From NCBI RefSeq assembly GCF_009914755.1, contig NC_060936.1: a stretch of 64,000 nt of DNA. One strand, written 5' to 3'. This document shows, one piece after another, positions 1 to 15,789 of the stretch. Source of the stretch: the human T2T-CHM13v2.0 reference genome, Homo sapiens. The first letter of the stretch is position 1; each line of letters opens with the position of its first letter. Both the position numbers and the translations under genes were made by a program. The notes under the pieces are model-generated. The model was not told where the DNA came from, ran no database searches, and worked only from the letters and a program-made list of their open reading frames with translations.

Positions 1-58
1 CGCACTCCAGCCTGGCGACAGAGTGAGACTCCATCTCAAAGAAAAAAAAAAAAGAAAA
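1..58 (+). mobile_element. Alu 3' end with A-tail
   Basis: GCACTCCAGCCTGG...GAGACTCCATCTC followed by poly(A). Confidence 0.9.
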
Positions 59-169
59 CAGATTATTACATTTAAAGGAACTATAAAAGTTACTTAGTTG
101 AATTCTCTACTACAAGCTTAAGTCTCCTCTAAGTTGTTTCCATCAAGGAACAACTACCCTATGTTTGAA

Positions 170-375
170 TAGCAGCGTAGCATCATGGATGAGGGAGTCA
201 GCTATGACATCGGATAGTCCTGGCTTTCCTTTTACCACCTGCATGAATTTGGCCAAGTTCCTTAACTTCTCTGTACTTCAGTTTTCTCGTCTGTAAATTT
301 AGGATACATAAAGCACCTAGAACAATGTCCAACACATACTGGATGCTCAATAACAGGTAGCTCTTACCATTATTA
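170..375 (+). mobile_element. MIR fragment
   Basis: Core-like ...ccttaacttctctgtacttcagttttctcgtctgtaaa... Confidence 0.6.
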
Positions 376-599
376 CATTCTTATATTATTACATACATCT
401 TCGGGGGAAGTTCGTTTCTGTCTAGAAGGATCAGAGGTTATTTATTGTTTTGTTTTGGTTTGGTTTGGTTTTTTTATGGTAATGATAGGAGTTCATTTCT
501 GGTGATAGCAGAGTGGCTTTTATTGAACTACCATTTGCCAATAACAATTTTGAACTCTGGATCAAAAAACAGTGCAAACAATCATAAAATCAGAATTAA

Positions 600-2410
600 A
601 ATGATGTTTGAAGTCCCTGGGGAATGACTAAAAATAGGCAGAAACCAAAGGAATGGTAATCCTTGAAATATGGAAACAAACTAGGTGAGGTCCACATTTA
701 AACAGCCTATTCTCTGAGGACACACCTCATCTTGCAAAATACGTAAGGGACAGAGTGCAATCAGGAAGAGGCTGAATGACTGAACTGAGGATTCAGAAGT
801 CAGGGTGTGGGTCTGCCAGAGTAGTTAGAAATTAAGGAGGGAATGTTTCAACAAGGAGGGAGACAGTGTGGGGAGCCCTAAAATCTGTGCACAAATTCTC
901 CTAAAACTGTTGGCTGACTACCAACAACACATGGACATGATGAGACTCCAGAGAATCCAATGGAAAGTTATAGCTGAAAGGCTCAAAGAACAAAGCCTCA
1001 GAGATTTCAACAGCTGCATGGTACTGGAGAGACAAATTTTGTAATTCAAGTCCAGTCAAGGAAAAGGGACTTAATAAATTATTTGTGCTTTTCATTAAAA
1101 CCCTAGGAGGGAAATACCTTAAGAATAAGGATTTTAGAACCAAGGACTACAAATGAGGCCTAACAGCAAAGCAAAAATAGGCCCACCCATCAAACCTCCA
1201 TAAGATAAAAGTGGTTGTCAGTAATTTAACTGTATGCTAGAACAAAACTCAACGATGTTGCCCACAATGTACAGTAAATAATTAAAAATTACTTTATATA
1301 CAAAGAAGCAGGAAAATATCATCCACAATCTAGGAAAAAAACAGTCAACACATTTCCAGAAGTTCCAGGTATTAGAATTAACAGATGGAGACTTTAAAAT
1401 AACTATAATATACATGTAAAATAATCTATTGAAAAAGATTGCTATAATGGATAAAGAGATGGGGGATATCAGGATACATATGGAAATGGAAAAAGAACCA
1501 AATGGAAATCCTTAAACTGGAAAAATAGATCTGAAATTTAAAAATTCATTGAATGGACTTAGCAAATTAGGTGCTACAGAATTTTTTTTAAAAAATAGTA
1601 CACTTCTGGACAGATCAGTAGAAATTATCTAAGCACTGAGAAAAAAATGATTTTCAAAAATTTCAGAGCTATGATGGCCTATTCATGTTTCGACATGTGT
1701 GAAACTGAAGTCTAAGATAGGAAGGGAAGTTAGGAAAGAGCCCCAGATAGGAAGAAATTGAAATCCTAGATAGGAAGGAAAGAGTCCTTTGAAAAAAGGA
1801 TGGCAAAATTTTTTCAGATTTGATTTAAAATATTAACCACCTTTGGATTTAGGAAGTTCAATGAACTCCAAGCATGATAAATAAAAAGAAAACCACACCC
1901 AAGCAAATCATAGTCACAGTTCTGAAAATCAAAAATAGGAAAAACATATTAAAATCAACCAGAAGAAAAAACACAAAGTCCTAAGGAAGAGGGCAATAAG
2001 AGTAAAGGCTGACTTCTCATCAGAAACATTGGAGACCAAGTGATAATGGGTTGCCTTCTTAAAAGTGCTGAAAGAAAAAAAAAGTCAACCTATTAATCTA
2101 GATGACTTACACTAGACTTACATTTAACCATATTATTAACTATATTAAGTGTAAATGGACCAAAACTTTCATTTGAAAACAGAGATTGTTCTATTTTAAA
2201 TAAAAGACACCAACAGATTGAAAATAGAAGGATGGAGAAGTGGAGACCATGTAAACACTGAACATAAGAAAGCTGGTGTCGCTATATTGTCATTAAGGTA
2301 TATTTCAAAAATGGATACTGCCAGAGGTGAAATAAAACATTTTATAATGATGAAAGCATCATTTCATTAAGATGACATAGTTCTAAATGTGTTTCCATTT
2401 AATGATGAGA
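600..2410 (+). mobile_element. Ancient L1M fragment (ORF1 / start of ORF2 region)
   Basis: A-rich + strand with L1M-like motifs (gctgacttctcatcagaaaca, agaaagctggtgtcgctatatt); no intact ORF. Boundaries approximate. Confidence 0.65.
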
Positions 2411-3092
2411 CATTTTATTTTTTAACATCTAGTACAGTAATTCCCTTTAAGGACAGAGGTGCTTTGATTAGAAAGGTATTTTGATAAGTCTGTTGGAGTA
2501 GGTGGTCTCTATGAGCCATTGATGTGGGGTAGCTTTGATGCTTCAGAGGAGCAGGTAGAATTACTTGAGACAGGAGATAGGGTCACAAATCTTCCCAGTT
2601 TTTCCAGAACTGAGATTGACTTTCAGTGCAAAATCTGGGACTATCCCCAAACTAAGACAGCTCCAGGCAAACTGGAATGGCTGCCTATCCTACAAAGAGA
2701 GGAATTTATTTACTTTGAAAATTGGAGAAATAAAAGAGAAAGAGAAGAAAAGAATAGATAGCCATCAGATGACAGAAGGTTGTACAGTGGATTAAGTGAC
2801 CCATTACAGTGATCCCTCAAACATTAAGTAAAATTACTAAACTCACAAAAATGATGGTTGTAAAATGTGTTTGAATGTTTGAGAAGCTAGTGATGAGGTA
2901 GAATGGTTGAAAAGTTGCATGCATCATAAACATGGTATTTCTGGAACAAGGATCATGAGAACATAAGTTTTGGGGAATTTGTAGGAATCATGGGAATAGT
3001 TTTAGACTTTCATAGGTTATGAAATGGGAGGTTTGAGTCAAGCTTGGGGATAATAAGGGAAAAAGAGCTGAGATTATATCTGAATCTTACAA

Positions 3093-3377
3093 CTGTATTA
3101 GTTAAGAATCATTTGGTTTTGGATAATAGAAAATCTACCTTTAACTGGGTCATACACTAAAGGAAATTTATTTGTTCATGTAACTGAAGATTCCGGAGGT
3201 AAGGTGAGCTTCTGGCTCGACTCAATCCAGAGGTTCATGATTCACATCTCAGCTGTCATTCATTTCTCAGCAGTTATCTCAGCAGTCCCCTTCCTTGTGA
3301 CATTTTGTCTTCAGTCTAGTTTTCCTGTTGGCAGCAACAGTGGCCATAGCAGTTCCAAGACACATTCTCACACAATA
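3093..3377 (-). mobile_element. MLT1 (MaLR) LTR fragment
   Basis: Begins tgtattagttaag...; aaggaaatttatttgttcatgtaactgaa is typical of old MLT1 LTRs. Confidence 0.55.
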
Positions 3378-3700
3378 CATGGGTCTTCAAACTTTTTCTA
3401 TAAAGGGCAAGATAGTAAATCTAGCTTTGTGTCTCTATTGCAAATAGTCAACTCTGCCATTACAGTGCAAAAGCAGCCATACACAAAGTATAAACAAAAG
3501 GCATAGATGTGTTCCAATAAAACTTTAAAAAATCAATTTGAATTTCTTATAATTTTCATGTGCCATGAAATATTATTATTTGTATTTTTCTCCCTACCAT
3601 AAAAATATGAAATTATTCTTATTCTTAGCTCAGGAACTGCACAAAAACCAGGCAGTGGTCCAGATTTTACCTGGGGGCTATGATTTGCTGACCCAAGACT
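3378..3700. mobile_element. MER58-like hAT-Charlie DNA transposon
   Basis: caaactttttctataaagggc...gatagtaaat; gtgttccaataaaacttta; ends tttgctgaccc. Confidence 0.7.
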
Positions 3701-4082
3701 TCAAAGATTACCTGACTAGAGTGTTAATCAAAAAATTTGGTTCTCCGTAGCATATGTTCTCTTTTGTCTTCTCCATACTCTCACTCAAGATAACCCTATC
3801 CAGTACCATTTATATGCCAAAATCCTCCAGTATTTTATCTCCAACCCAGAGTGCTCTCCTATCTCCAGATTCCTGTAGCCACCTGCCTACTTAACATCTC
3901 CATTTAGAAGTTTAATCGAATTTTAAACTTAACATGATCAAAATCCTCTAGGGAACTCTGCTTCCTTAAAATGGGTCCAGCTCCAAGCAGTCAACAGGGG
4001 CACATTGACACTCCCGTGGAATTGATCTCAATTCCACAGGATGGTATTTCAATGTTTTTTACATTTCTAATATGCATATAGT

Positions 4083-4803
<721 letters not shown>

Positions 4804-4886
4804 GGTGAGGTGAAATGAAGTATGCACTTTCTGAAATGAGGAAAATTATATGAAATTCAAGGTATTACTCTTTTTTCCTCCTCTAG

Positions 4887-5318
4887 GGATGATAAAACTG
4901 AGAAATAAATCAAGAGTATGACAACAGACTGAGGAATTTTTCAGCAATATCTGTCAGCCTTTGGAAATTTGGTGAGAAGAAGTAGTCATGATTCAATGTC
5001 TTGCTTGCACAGAAGCCTCTAGTTCAAACTTGGATCTTGCCCCATCTGATTTCTTATGATATATACAAATACTCTAGATATTGCTTTGAGATTTCGCTGT
5101 TGATCAACTGGCCTGCTGCAGCTTCATAGGTGTTTCAGCTCCCAGTAGGGCAGTTTAACTCCTATCTTCTCTGTGAGTTCCAGGTCTGTATATCTCCTCA
5201 GCTCGCTCTCATTTGTCCAGCTTATCTATTTCTTTATCAAGTTGCTTTGGCTTCCCCACTCTCTCCTGCGTTTTGAAAAGAATTAATTCTCAAGTAGATT
5301 AAAACTACATTCTGGTAA
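4887..5318 (+). other. Probable 3'-terminal exon of the upstream gene (likely CFAP54)
   Basis: Good acceptor ctcttttttcctcctctag| at 4886/4887, non-repeat-looking sequence, ATTAAA at 5298-5303. The gene identity rests only on recalled gene order (CFAP54 upstream of NEDD1 on human chr12), not on coding similarity. Confidence 0.45.
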
Positions 5319-8300
5319 AAATGAGCATGCATGTGTATTTAGTCCTTCATTTATTCAATATGCATTTTTGGAGCTTTGCTCTATATTAGACATAGTTCCA
5401 GGCTCTAAAAACACAAAGATCCATGAGCTGTGGCCCATCCCTTAAGATGCTGATAGTATATTAAAGGCAACAAAATGTAAACTTACAATTCACAATACAA
5501 CAATGCAGATAGATGTTAACATGAAGCCTCCACAAAATGTTTTAGGAAGACAGGGAAATAGCAAGGATTCACAGAGGAGATGATGCAGTAACTATATTGG
5601 GGTGGTGGGGGGGGGGGGGCGGCGGGAAGAGGGAAAGAAGACAAAAACAAAAATCCCTAGTCCAAAATATTGTTAGTTGAGCCACGAGATGATTACTTCC
5701 AGGAAGAAATATTGAGAAGATGTATTGGGTAGATGAAATACCTAATGAGACCATAAATGACGAGAATTGCCTCTTATAGCATTTGAGAAGATAATTTTTA
5801 TCAGATAATGAAATTGTTTTCAGTCTTCAGAATGAAAATGAATCCCTTGCTAATGCAGATCATGCTAATAAAGGAAGTAAAAGAGAATCTTAGAATTATA
5901 CTTGGCTCATGATAGGCAGAAACCAACCTAAATAGCCTAGGAAAAAAGAGAAAGATAATAAAGTAATCAAAATAACTGCTTACTAGGGAATGTGAAAGAT
6001 CTGCAATGTTAAATTATAAATGTACATTTGCATGAAAAATGAGGTGACCTTAAGGAAAAGATTAGAAACCCACACTCATGCGAGTTAGAAGCAATGCTTT
6101 TCATTAGCGAAGCTGAGGATTAATTAAATCCAGGGAAATTCTTTGAAATCCACAAGTGTGAGTTACATTTGAATACAATACAACGGGTGTATTGGTATCA
6201 TAATTAATGATTAGCATAGACTTCTTGATTAAATGTATGTGGAATAGTTCAAATGGCAAATGTGAAATAAAGAGGACAAAAACGTGTTACTTAAAACCAA
6301 AATTGTCTTAGCATTGTCTGCTTTCAAAAGTGTGGGAGTGGAAAAGTTAGTTTATCTAGTGGGTAAACAAATATATTGTTCCCCTTCCCCTTTGAGGTCT
6401 CCTAAAGACCCATTCTAAGCATAATGGGGACACCGTGTCCCCTCACCAACCTCTCCAGGAAGCTAGGGAGGATGAAGGACAGGAGCGGCTTATCCATTAT
6501 TTTTCCATTATCTCTGAATGTTTTGCTTCAGCTGAGGGATTTTAGAGACTGGTAGCAGAGAAAGGAGAAAGAAGCTGAAGTTGCAAAGCTTCTAACAGTT
6601 CTTAGTGCTGCTCAAGGGTGAAGCTTCGGACAAAATGGTCATTATTGACAGAGCACCTTATGTATAGATACGTAGAAGCCCTGAGCAAGTGGGAGGTGGT
6701 TTCTAAATTGTTTTATAGGACAAGGTAAAGGGAAATTAATTTCTTGGGGAGACTCATGGAGAAGGCCAATGGAAAAAGGAAGAGCCTGGAGGGAAAATAG
6801 ATGAGAAGCAACTGAGAGGCATAAAGCCCCCTTCCTCTGCTACACGCAGATGCCTTCTGTGAGAAACAGACACATGGCTGGTCCATGTTTAGGGTGAGTC
6901 AGGGAAAAGCCTGAGCGAGGAAGGATGACCCATAAACTGAACCAATTGAGAGTCATAGAGGCTCTGAGTCAAAGGTGATATAAAAATGCTAAGCCACATT
7001 TCAATCCCAGAGTGTCAGAATTACACAGGGCATGCAGTAGGCAGAAATCAACCTGCAGAGTCTGGCGGGGAGGGCAGGTGACAGTGATCCTGCTGTGTGT
7101 TGGATGGAACTGCAACCAAGTCTACTCCTTAATGATGGGTTCACTCACCTAATATTGCATACTGAAATACGGTTTTTAGTTTTGGCTTGGCTGTTACTTT
7201 AGTGTGACATATAGATTTTAAATATGAGTTTGGTTATGCTGCACAAGGACCATTTAGAGATGCTGTTCTCAGTCAAATTTAAAAGATGTCTATAAATTTT
7301 ACAAAGCAAACACCAAAGTACCTTATCAAAACTCTACAACTTCAAAAGATTCTATTCTGAAAATCTTTGCAGAAGACAGGAATAGAAACATATGTAATTT
7401 TTTAAATGTGTTTTTTAAATGCAATGGGAAGTTATTTTCTGACAGCTAGAATGGAAATTTGCATAGTGATTTCATTTGTTTAAATATTTTGTTTTCCCTT
7501 ATCCCTCTAACCTGTTATTTTACTCCAGCCACTACCTTTGGATGAGTTCTGTCCAATCTCCCTTCTTTACTGTGGGTATTTTCTTGCCAGGATCCCCATA
7601 ATGTTTTCCAGTCACTTTCAATATATGGACAAGTCCCATTTTGGGAGTTAGGTTTACTTCCAAGTATTATGAGGTCTACTCCAGTATAAATCAAAATTTC
7701 AATCTTACATCCAATTCAAAGATTTTTTTTTTCGCATTTGTGAGGCCCAGGAGGACACAAGCCACATGAGATAAGGGTAAAAGTCTCACATGACTTATGC
7801 CCTTAGAGCTTGCTTGTGCCCTCTGAGTGGCCCCCAGATGTGGATCCCTCCCATGGCCCCTCCCTGGTCTTCATCGCAGTCCTAGGTGCCCCCCAACCAA
7901 TGGTCCTGGGAGAGCCAGGGAGAATCTTTGGGTCCATCCGGAACTATGCTGGGACGTGGGCATGTCTCCTGAAAGGAACAGTGCACTTCCAGCTGACCTC
8001 CTGCAATCCCTGCTCAGCTTCTACATCCCTGCCCTGTGATACACCCACAGCCTTTTACTGTGGGGTCCCCTAGTTCCAGAAGGCTGCCCTCTTGAGTGGG
8101 ATTCCTTCAAGATGCTCAGAGCTGGTGTCCCTTCTGTGGCATCCTATCCCACCAAACACCGAGTGTGCAGGTTGCCCACACCACTGCCTTCTATCCTTGC
8201 CTTGGGCAGCCTTCCACCTTCAGAATTCTGCAGGCAGGAAGCACACACTCCATGTTCACATACAGCCCCAACCTCAAGAGATAAAAAATCCTTCTTCCCA

Positions 8301-9097
8301 ACATCTCTGCCCACACCTGATGGCCCCAGATGAAGCTGACAAGTGATTACAGTCTTTCCCTGTTGCCAGCACTCTGGTCTCTACTGTGCTACCCTCTAGA
8401 GCCCTCAGTTTTGCAAAGAGAACACTCTTCTCCATCACCCCCAACCCAAGGAGAGAGAAGAGAAGAACAAAAAGCCATAGCACTCCACTCCCAACAAATT
8501 CCCTTGTTAAATGAGCTCTCATTTGCTTGCATAGGATGTGTGGGGTGGCAGGAATGAGTGAGGTGGGAGAGCAAGTATGCCATTTTTTGGCAAGTCTTGG
8601 AAGGGGGTGATGGGAAGCTCTTTTTCTGCATTCTTTAGAGTGGGAATGGAATAGAATGTGATTAACCACTAGTCTTATCTTTGGGGCTTAGCAAAAATTC
8701 TGAGAATACAGAAATTCCATTGCACATGTTTTTGTAATCTTATACCTCATAGCCTCTAAATGTGACTCATTTTAAAGACAGTGAATGTTAGGTATAAAAC
8801 AGTTTGCAGATCATTGCACAGCCTTTAAAGTGTGAGCGGCAGAGACCAGAGATTCTGCCTCTTATCTGTTCAACTCTGTTTGATGTACCCCTTCTGAGGA
8901 CCAAGAACAAGATAGATATGGCCCTTGCCCCCTTAGAGCTTATACTACCGGGAATGACTGCTAATAAATACACAATTACAATAAAGTATAATAATGCTTT
9001 GATAGAAGAATCACAGCACAAACCAGGAGCCCCTAACTTAGGATGAAAGATTAGTATGCATGAGGGCAGGCTTCCTAGAGGAGTCGCCTTGACTCTT

Positions 9098-10926
<1,829 letters not shown>

Positions 10927-11479
10927 CGCTACACTGTTGGGTGTAGGATCTGGTATCCTGAGAGGCTGCAGGAAGGATCAGATGGCATGACCTTGAGGAG
11001 TAAAGGATTTAACTCCACATGGATGAATTCTGTCCAGTGGGAAACAAGAGACCGGAAGGATCAGGGCAAATAGATTCCATTTCTCCATTCCTCCCATTCT
11101 GAGGCATGGTTTCTCTGTACAGTTACCCTGAAAAGTTCTGAGTACCCAACATCTGATGAGAAAACTTATGTATCTCTTCAAGGCTCGTCATGAAGCAGTG
11201 GCAAGTGTGGTAACACATTTCACATCCTTTCTTGCTTCTCTCAATTTTTCCTCACACTTGCTTGCCCTCGGATTACATACACCTGCCCCCTTCATAAAGC
11301 ACCACACTGATTTCCTGCCTTAGGCTCTGTTGTCTAGGAAACTTGGGCTAAAACAACCAATTTTTAAACTAACACCAGATACATAAATAAGAAATAACCT
11401 GTGAAACTGGAGGAAAATATCCTAAGCCTGCAGAATAGTATATCTGGAGACCTAAAGGCAAAGTGGAGTGTGGGTTTTT

Positions 11480-11843
11480 ATATTAGTCTGTTCAGGTTGC
11501 TATGACAAAATACCATAAACTGGGTAGCTTGTAAACAACAGATATTGATTTCTCACAGTTCTGAAGGCTGGGAAGTCCAAGATCAAAGTGCCAGCAGATT
11601 CAGTGTCTGGTAAGAGCCTGTTTCCTGGTTCATAGATGGGACCTTTTAGCAGTGTCCTCACTTGGTGGAAGGGACTACTTAGCTCTCTAGGGTCTCTTTT
11701 TTAAGGGCATTAATCCAATCATGTTGGCTCTACCCTTATGACTTAATCACTTCCCATGAGCCCCACCTCCTAGTGCCATTGCCTTGGGGGTTAGGATTTC
11801 AGCATACGAATTTTGGAAGAACATAAACACTTAGTTCATTGCA
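11480..11843 (-). mobile_element. MLT1A-type MaLR solo LTR
   Basis: ttagtctgttcaggttgctatgacaaaataccataaactgggtagctt...ttctcacagttctgaaggctgggaagtccaagatcaa. Confidence 0.8.
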
Positions 11844-12491
11844 CTGGAACTTCAAGAAATGGGAAGTTCACTTTGGCTAGAGAATAAACCTAGGGTGGTA
11901 GTGTAGGGGTTTGGAGAGAAGAGGGTAGAGGTACATCTGCTCACAAAGTACTGAGGAGGCCATGAGAAGGAGGCTTGGAAGCTAGAGAAGGATTTGAAGC
12001 CAAAGACTGACAAGGTCAGATTTGCGTTTAAGATCACAGTGGCTGCAATAGGGAGGTTGGACTGAAAGTGAGCAGGGAAGATGTAGTAATCTTTGCAAAT
12101 GCACACTAGGGTTGTGGTATTGGTGTTAATTATTATGATAGAATGGAAGTAGACTATTATACATTAGCTATACCAATTTTAGTTAAGTAGTCCAATCGTA
12201 TTATTTCTTACTACCAATTCAAGTATAATTCTCTTTAAAGTTACTATGAGACTGACTCAAAATTACAACAAAAGGCTAATCTTGGTGTTAATAAATATTT
12301 AAATGGAATTTATTGGCAGTCTTTCTAACCCAATAGCGGTGTTAAGAATTATCTGAAATGTTGAAATAGGCAAAATGGATTACTGGAAATCTTTTCAGTT
12401 TAGTACTTGGCGTTGTCTAACTTGCTGAGGGAAGGATGTACTAGTGAGTGTTGTCCACAGAAACAGAACCAATAAGATGTGAGTGTGTATA

Positions 12492-13684
12492 CAGTCATGC
12501 AATGCTTAGTACATCCTGAGAAATGCATCATTAGCCAATTCCATCACTGAGGGTATGTAGACAAACCTAGATGGTATAGCCTACTACACACCTAGGCTAT
12601 GTGGTATAGCCTATTGCTCTGAGGCTGCAAACCTGCACAGCATGTTGCTGTACTGAATACTGTAGGCAATTGTAACACAATGGTAAGTACTTGTGTATCT
12701 AAATGTATATATACATAGAAAATGTACAGTAAAAATCTGATATAAAAGATAAAAAATGGTATGCCTGTTATAGGGCACTTACCATGAACAGAACTTGCAC
12801 GACTAGAGCTTGCTCTGGATGAGTCACTGAGTGAGTGGGAAGTGAATGTGAAGGCCTGGGACATTACTGTACGCTACTATAGACTTTATCAACACTGTAC
12901 ACTAAGGCTACACTAAGTTTATAAAAAAAAATTTTCTTTCTTCAATAATAAAGTAACCTTAGCTGACTAATTTTTGTACTTTTTAGACTTCTTTTTTTTT
13001 TAACTTTTTGGCTCTTTTGTGATAACACATAGCTTAAAACAGATACATTATACAGCTGTGCAAAAAATATTTTCTTTCCTTGTATCCTTATCCTATAAGC
13101 TTTTATTTTTAATTTTTTCTTTTACTTTTTAAACTCTTTTGTTTAAAACTAAGGCACAAACATATACATTATTCTAGGCCTACACAGGGTCAGGATCATC
13201 AATATCACTGTCTTCCAACTCCTCCTCTTGTTCTCCTGAAAGATCTTCAGGGGCAATAACATGCATTGAGCTGTTATCTCCTATGATAATAACACTTTCT
13301 TCTGGAATACCTCCTGAAGTGCCTGCCAGAGGCTGTTTTACAGTTAACTTTTCTTTTTCAGTAAAAGGAGTGCACTGTAAAATAACAATAAAAAGTACAC
13401 CATAGTAAATATATAAACTAGTAACATATTCATTATCATTATCAAGTGTTATGCACGGTATAGAATTACATGTGCTTTTATACAACTGGCAGTGCAGTAG
13501 ATTTGTTTACACCAGCATCACCACATCACCACAAACATGTGAGTAATGTGTTGCCCTATGATGTTACAATGGCTACAATATCACTAAGGGATAGGAATTT
13601 TTCAGCTCCCTTATAATCTTATGGAAACTTCATTGTGTATGCAGTTCATCATTGACCAAAATGTTGTTATATCGTTCATAACTG
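12492..13684 (-). mobile_element. Tigger3b / MER7-family DNA transposon (~1.2 kb, non-autonomous)
   Basis: Termini TA|CAGTCATG ... CATAACTG|TG; internal acaaacctagatggtatagcctactacacacctaggct. Confidence 0.8.
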
Positions 13685-13849
13685 TGTGGGTGCGTGTGTG
13701 CGTGTTTATATATATATGTGTGTGTGTGTGTGTATACACACATATATGTGTGTATATATATGTGTGTGTGTATATATATATACACACACACATATATGTG
13801 TGTATATATATGTGTGTGTGTATATATATATACACACACACATATATAT

Positions 13850-13888
<39 letters not shown>

Positions 13889-13902
13889 AGGCTGAGAGAG
13901 AG
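13685..13902. repeat. Compound (TG)n(TA)n(CA)n microsatellite with a 50-bp tandem duplication
   Basis: 13741-13790 is identical to 13791-13840. Confidence 0.95.
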
Positions 13903-14889
13903 AAAATTAGCTCATGCAATTGTGAGGACTGATGAAACTGAAATCTACAAAGCAGGTTGGAAGTCCAGAGACCCAGGGAAGAGTTCACACTGCAGCTCAA
14001 ACCCAAAGGCAATCTGGAGGCAGAATTCCCTCTTCCCTGGGCAATCTCAGTCTTTTCTTTGATGGCCTTCAACCAATTAGATGAGATCCACTCATGTAGA
14101 AAAATCTGCTTCACTGAAAGACTTTTGATTTAATTGTTAATTTCATCTGAAAATACCTTCACAGCAACATCGACACTAATGTTTGACCAAATATCTTTGT
14201 ACCAGAGCCTGGCCAAGTTGACACATAAAGTTAACCACTACAAGGGGGCTACCTGATTCCCAAACTTTCGTTTGACATTTTGTTTGCTATTGATTAGGAA
14301 ATCTTACATCTCTTTAAGGACAGAGGTAAGCTTGTAAAAAAAACTGATGACAATTCAAGTGATTCTTTTTCAATAATGATATAAACAAATTTCTTCCCAA
14401 AGAGATGCAAGCGATGTGAATATAACCCAAAGGTTATCATTTATTATAGGTTTTGTGTCTAACCTAGTATCATTATTCTAACACTTAAAAAATGCTGTTT
14501 CAATAAACCTTACCATTTATAAGTTCACTAATTAATGAGCCAAATAAAACTCTTAACCCATATTTATTTTATGTTTTAAAAAGTAGCATGTTTTTAACTT
14601 TTGAAAATTATACTTTGACAGGGAATAAACACACAGTAGGCAATATAGAAAAGAATGAGCATAATTATTCAATTTGTGGTTTTATTATTTAATTTAATCA
14701 TGCATGTCGAGAGACTGTTACCATCTCATTTTCTTCATTGGTCTCTAATTGATATGGCTGTTGGAGTTAAGACATATACAATAAGCTCCCCAAATATCCT
14801 TTCTCCCCCATTCACTCTATTCTTTCCTCTGGGGACTCTTATTACATATATTTTGGATCTTCTCATTGTATTCTCTCTGTCTCTTAATC

Positions 14890-15187
14890 TTTTTTTTTGT
14901 TTTTTTAGACAGCATTTCACTCTGTCGCCCAGGCTAGTGTGCAGTGGGCGCAATCTCAGCTCACTGCAGCCTCTGACTCCCAGGGTAAAGTAATCCTCCT
15001 GCCTCAGCCTCCTGAGTAGCTGGGATTACAGGTGTGTGCCACCACGCCTGGATAGTTTTTGTATTTTTAGTGGAGTCAGGGTTTCACCATGTTGGCAGGG
15101 CTGGTCTCCAACTCCTGACCTCAGGTGATCCAGCTGCCTCAGCCTCTCAAAGTGCTGGGATTACAGGCATGAGCCACTGCACCAGCC
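14890..15187 (-). mobile_element. AluS within an old antisense L1M fragment
   Basis: Alu dimer with GACCTCAGGTGATCC; T-rich L1-like flanks. Confidence 0.88.
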
Positions 15188-15567
15188 CTCTGTTTCTTAA
15201 TCTTTCTTTTATTTTCCATCCTTTTTTTCCCCTGTCAGGCTGCATTCTGGATAGTGACTTCTAACTTATCTTTCAGTTTGATGATTTTCTTTTTTATTCT
15301 ATCAAATCTGCCATTTAATCTATTCATAGAATTTTTTGTTTCAAAGGCTTCACTTTTTATTTCTGGAATTTCTATTTCCTTCTCCACTAAATCTGCCCAT
15401 TTTTTACTCACAGTGTCTTGTTGGGTGATTTGGATTATTTATTTTATGCTGCCAATCATTTAAAACGTACTAATTTTCTTTCCCTGTCATATTTTTCTAT
15501 AATATGATACTTTTGGGATATTGATCTTGCTGTTTATTATGTCTGCTCAATCTGGTTTATGCTGAAT

Positions 15568-15769
15568 TATTCTTCTCTTCCTCTTCTCCCTCCTCCTCCT
15601 CTTCCTTCTTCTTTTTCTTCCTTCCTTCCTCCTCCTCCTTCTCCCCTCCTTCCTTCTTTCCTTCCTCCCTCTTTCTTTCATTCATTCATTCTTTCTCTTT
15701 CTTTCTTCTTTCTTTCTCCTTTCTCTCCTTCTTTCTTCTTTATTTTTCTTCCCTTTCTTTCTTTCTTTC
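15568..15769. repeat. CT-rich polypyrimidine low-complexity tract
   Basis: (CCT)/(CTT)/(CTTT) arrays over ~200 bp. Confidence 0.9.
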
Positions 15770-15789
15770 TATGGAGGATCAAGTCTATC

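Larger units (their letters stand above)
12437..14242 (-). mobile_element. MLT2 (ERVL) LTR split by Tigger3b and a microsatellite
   Basis: Left part cagaaacagaaccaataaga; right part ends ggccaagttgacacataaagttaaccactaca (reverse complement of the MLT2 5' end). Confidence 0.8.

Noticed and set aside
5598-5627. G-run (also ~27766-27785) as a functional G-quadruplex
   Set aside because: Simple G homopolymer expansions in or next to old L2 sequence, with no supporting context.
13611-14114. Cys/Val/Tyr/His/Thr-rich ORFs
   Set aside because: These are translations of dinucleotide microsatellites.
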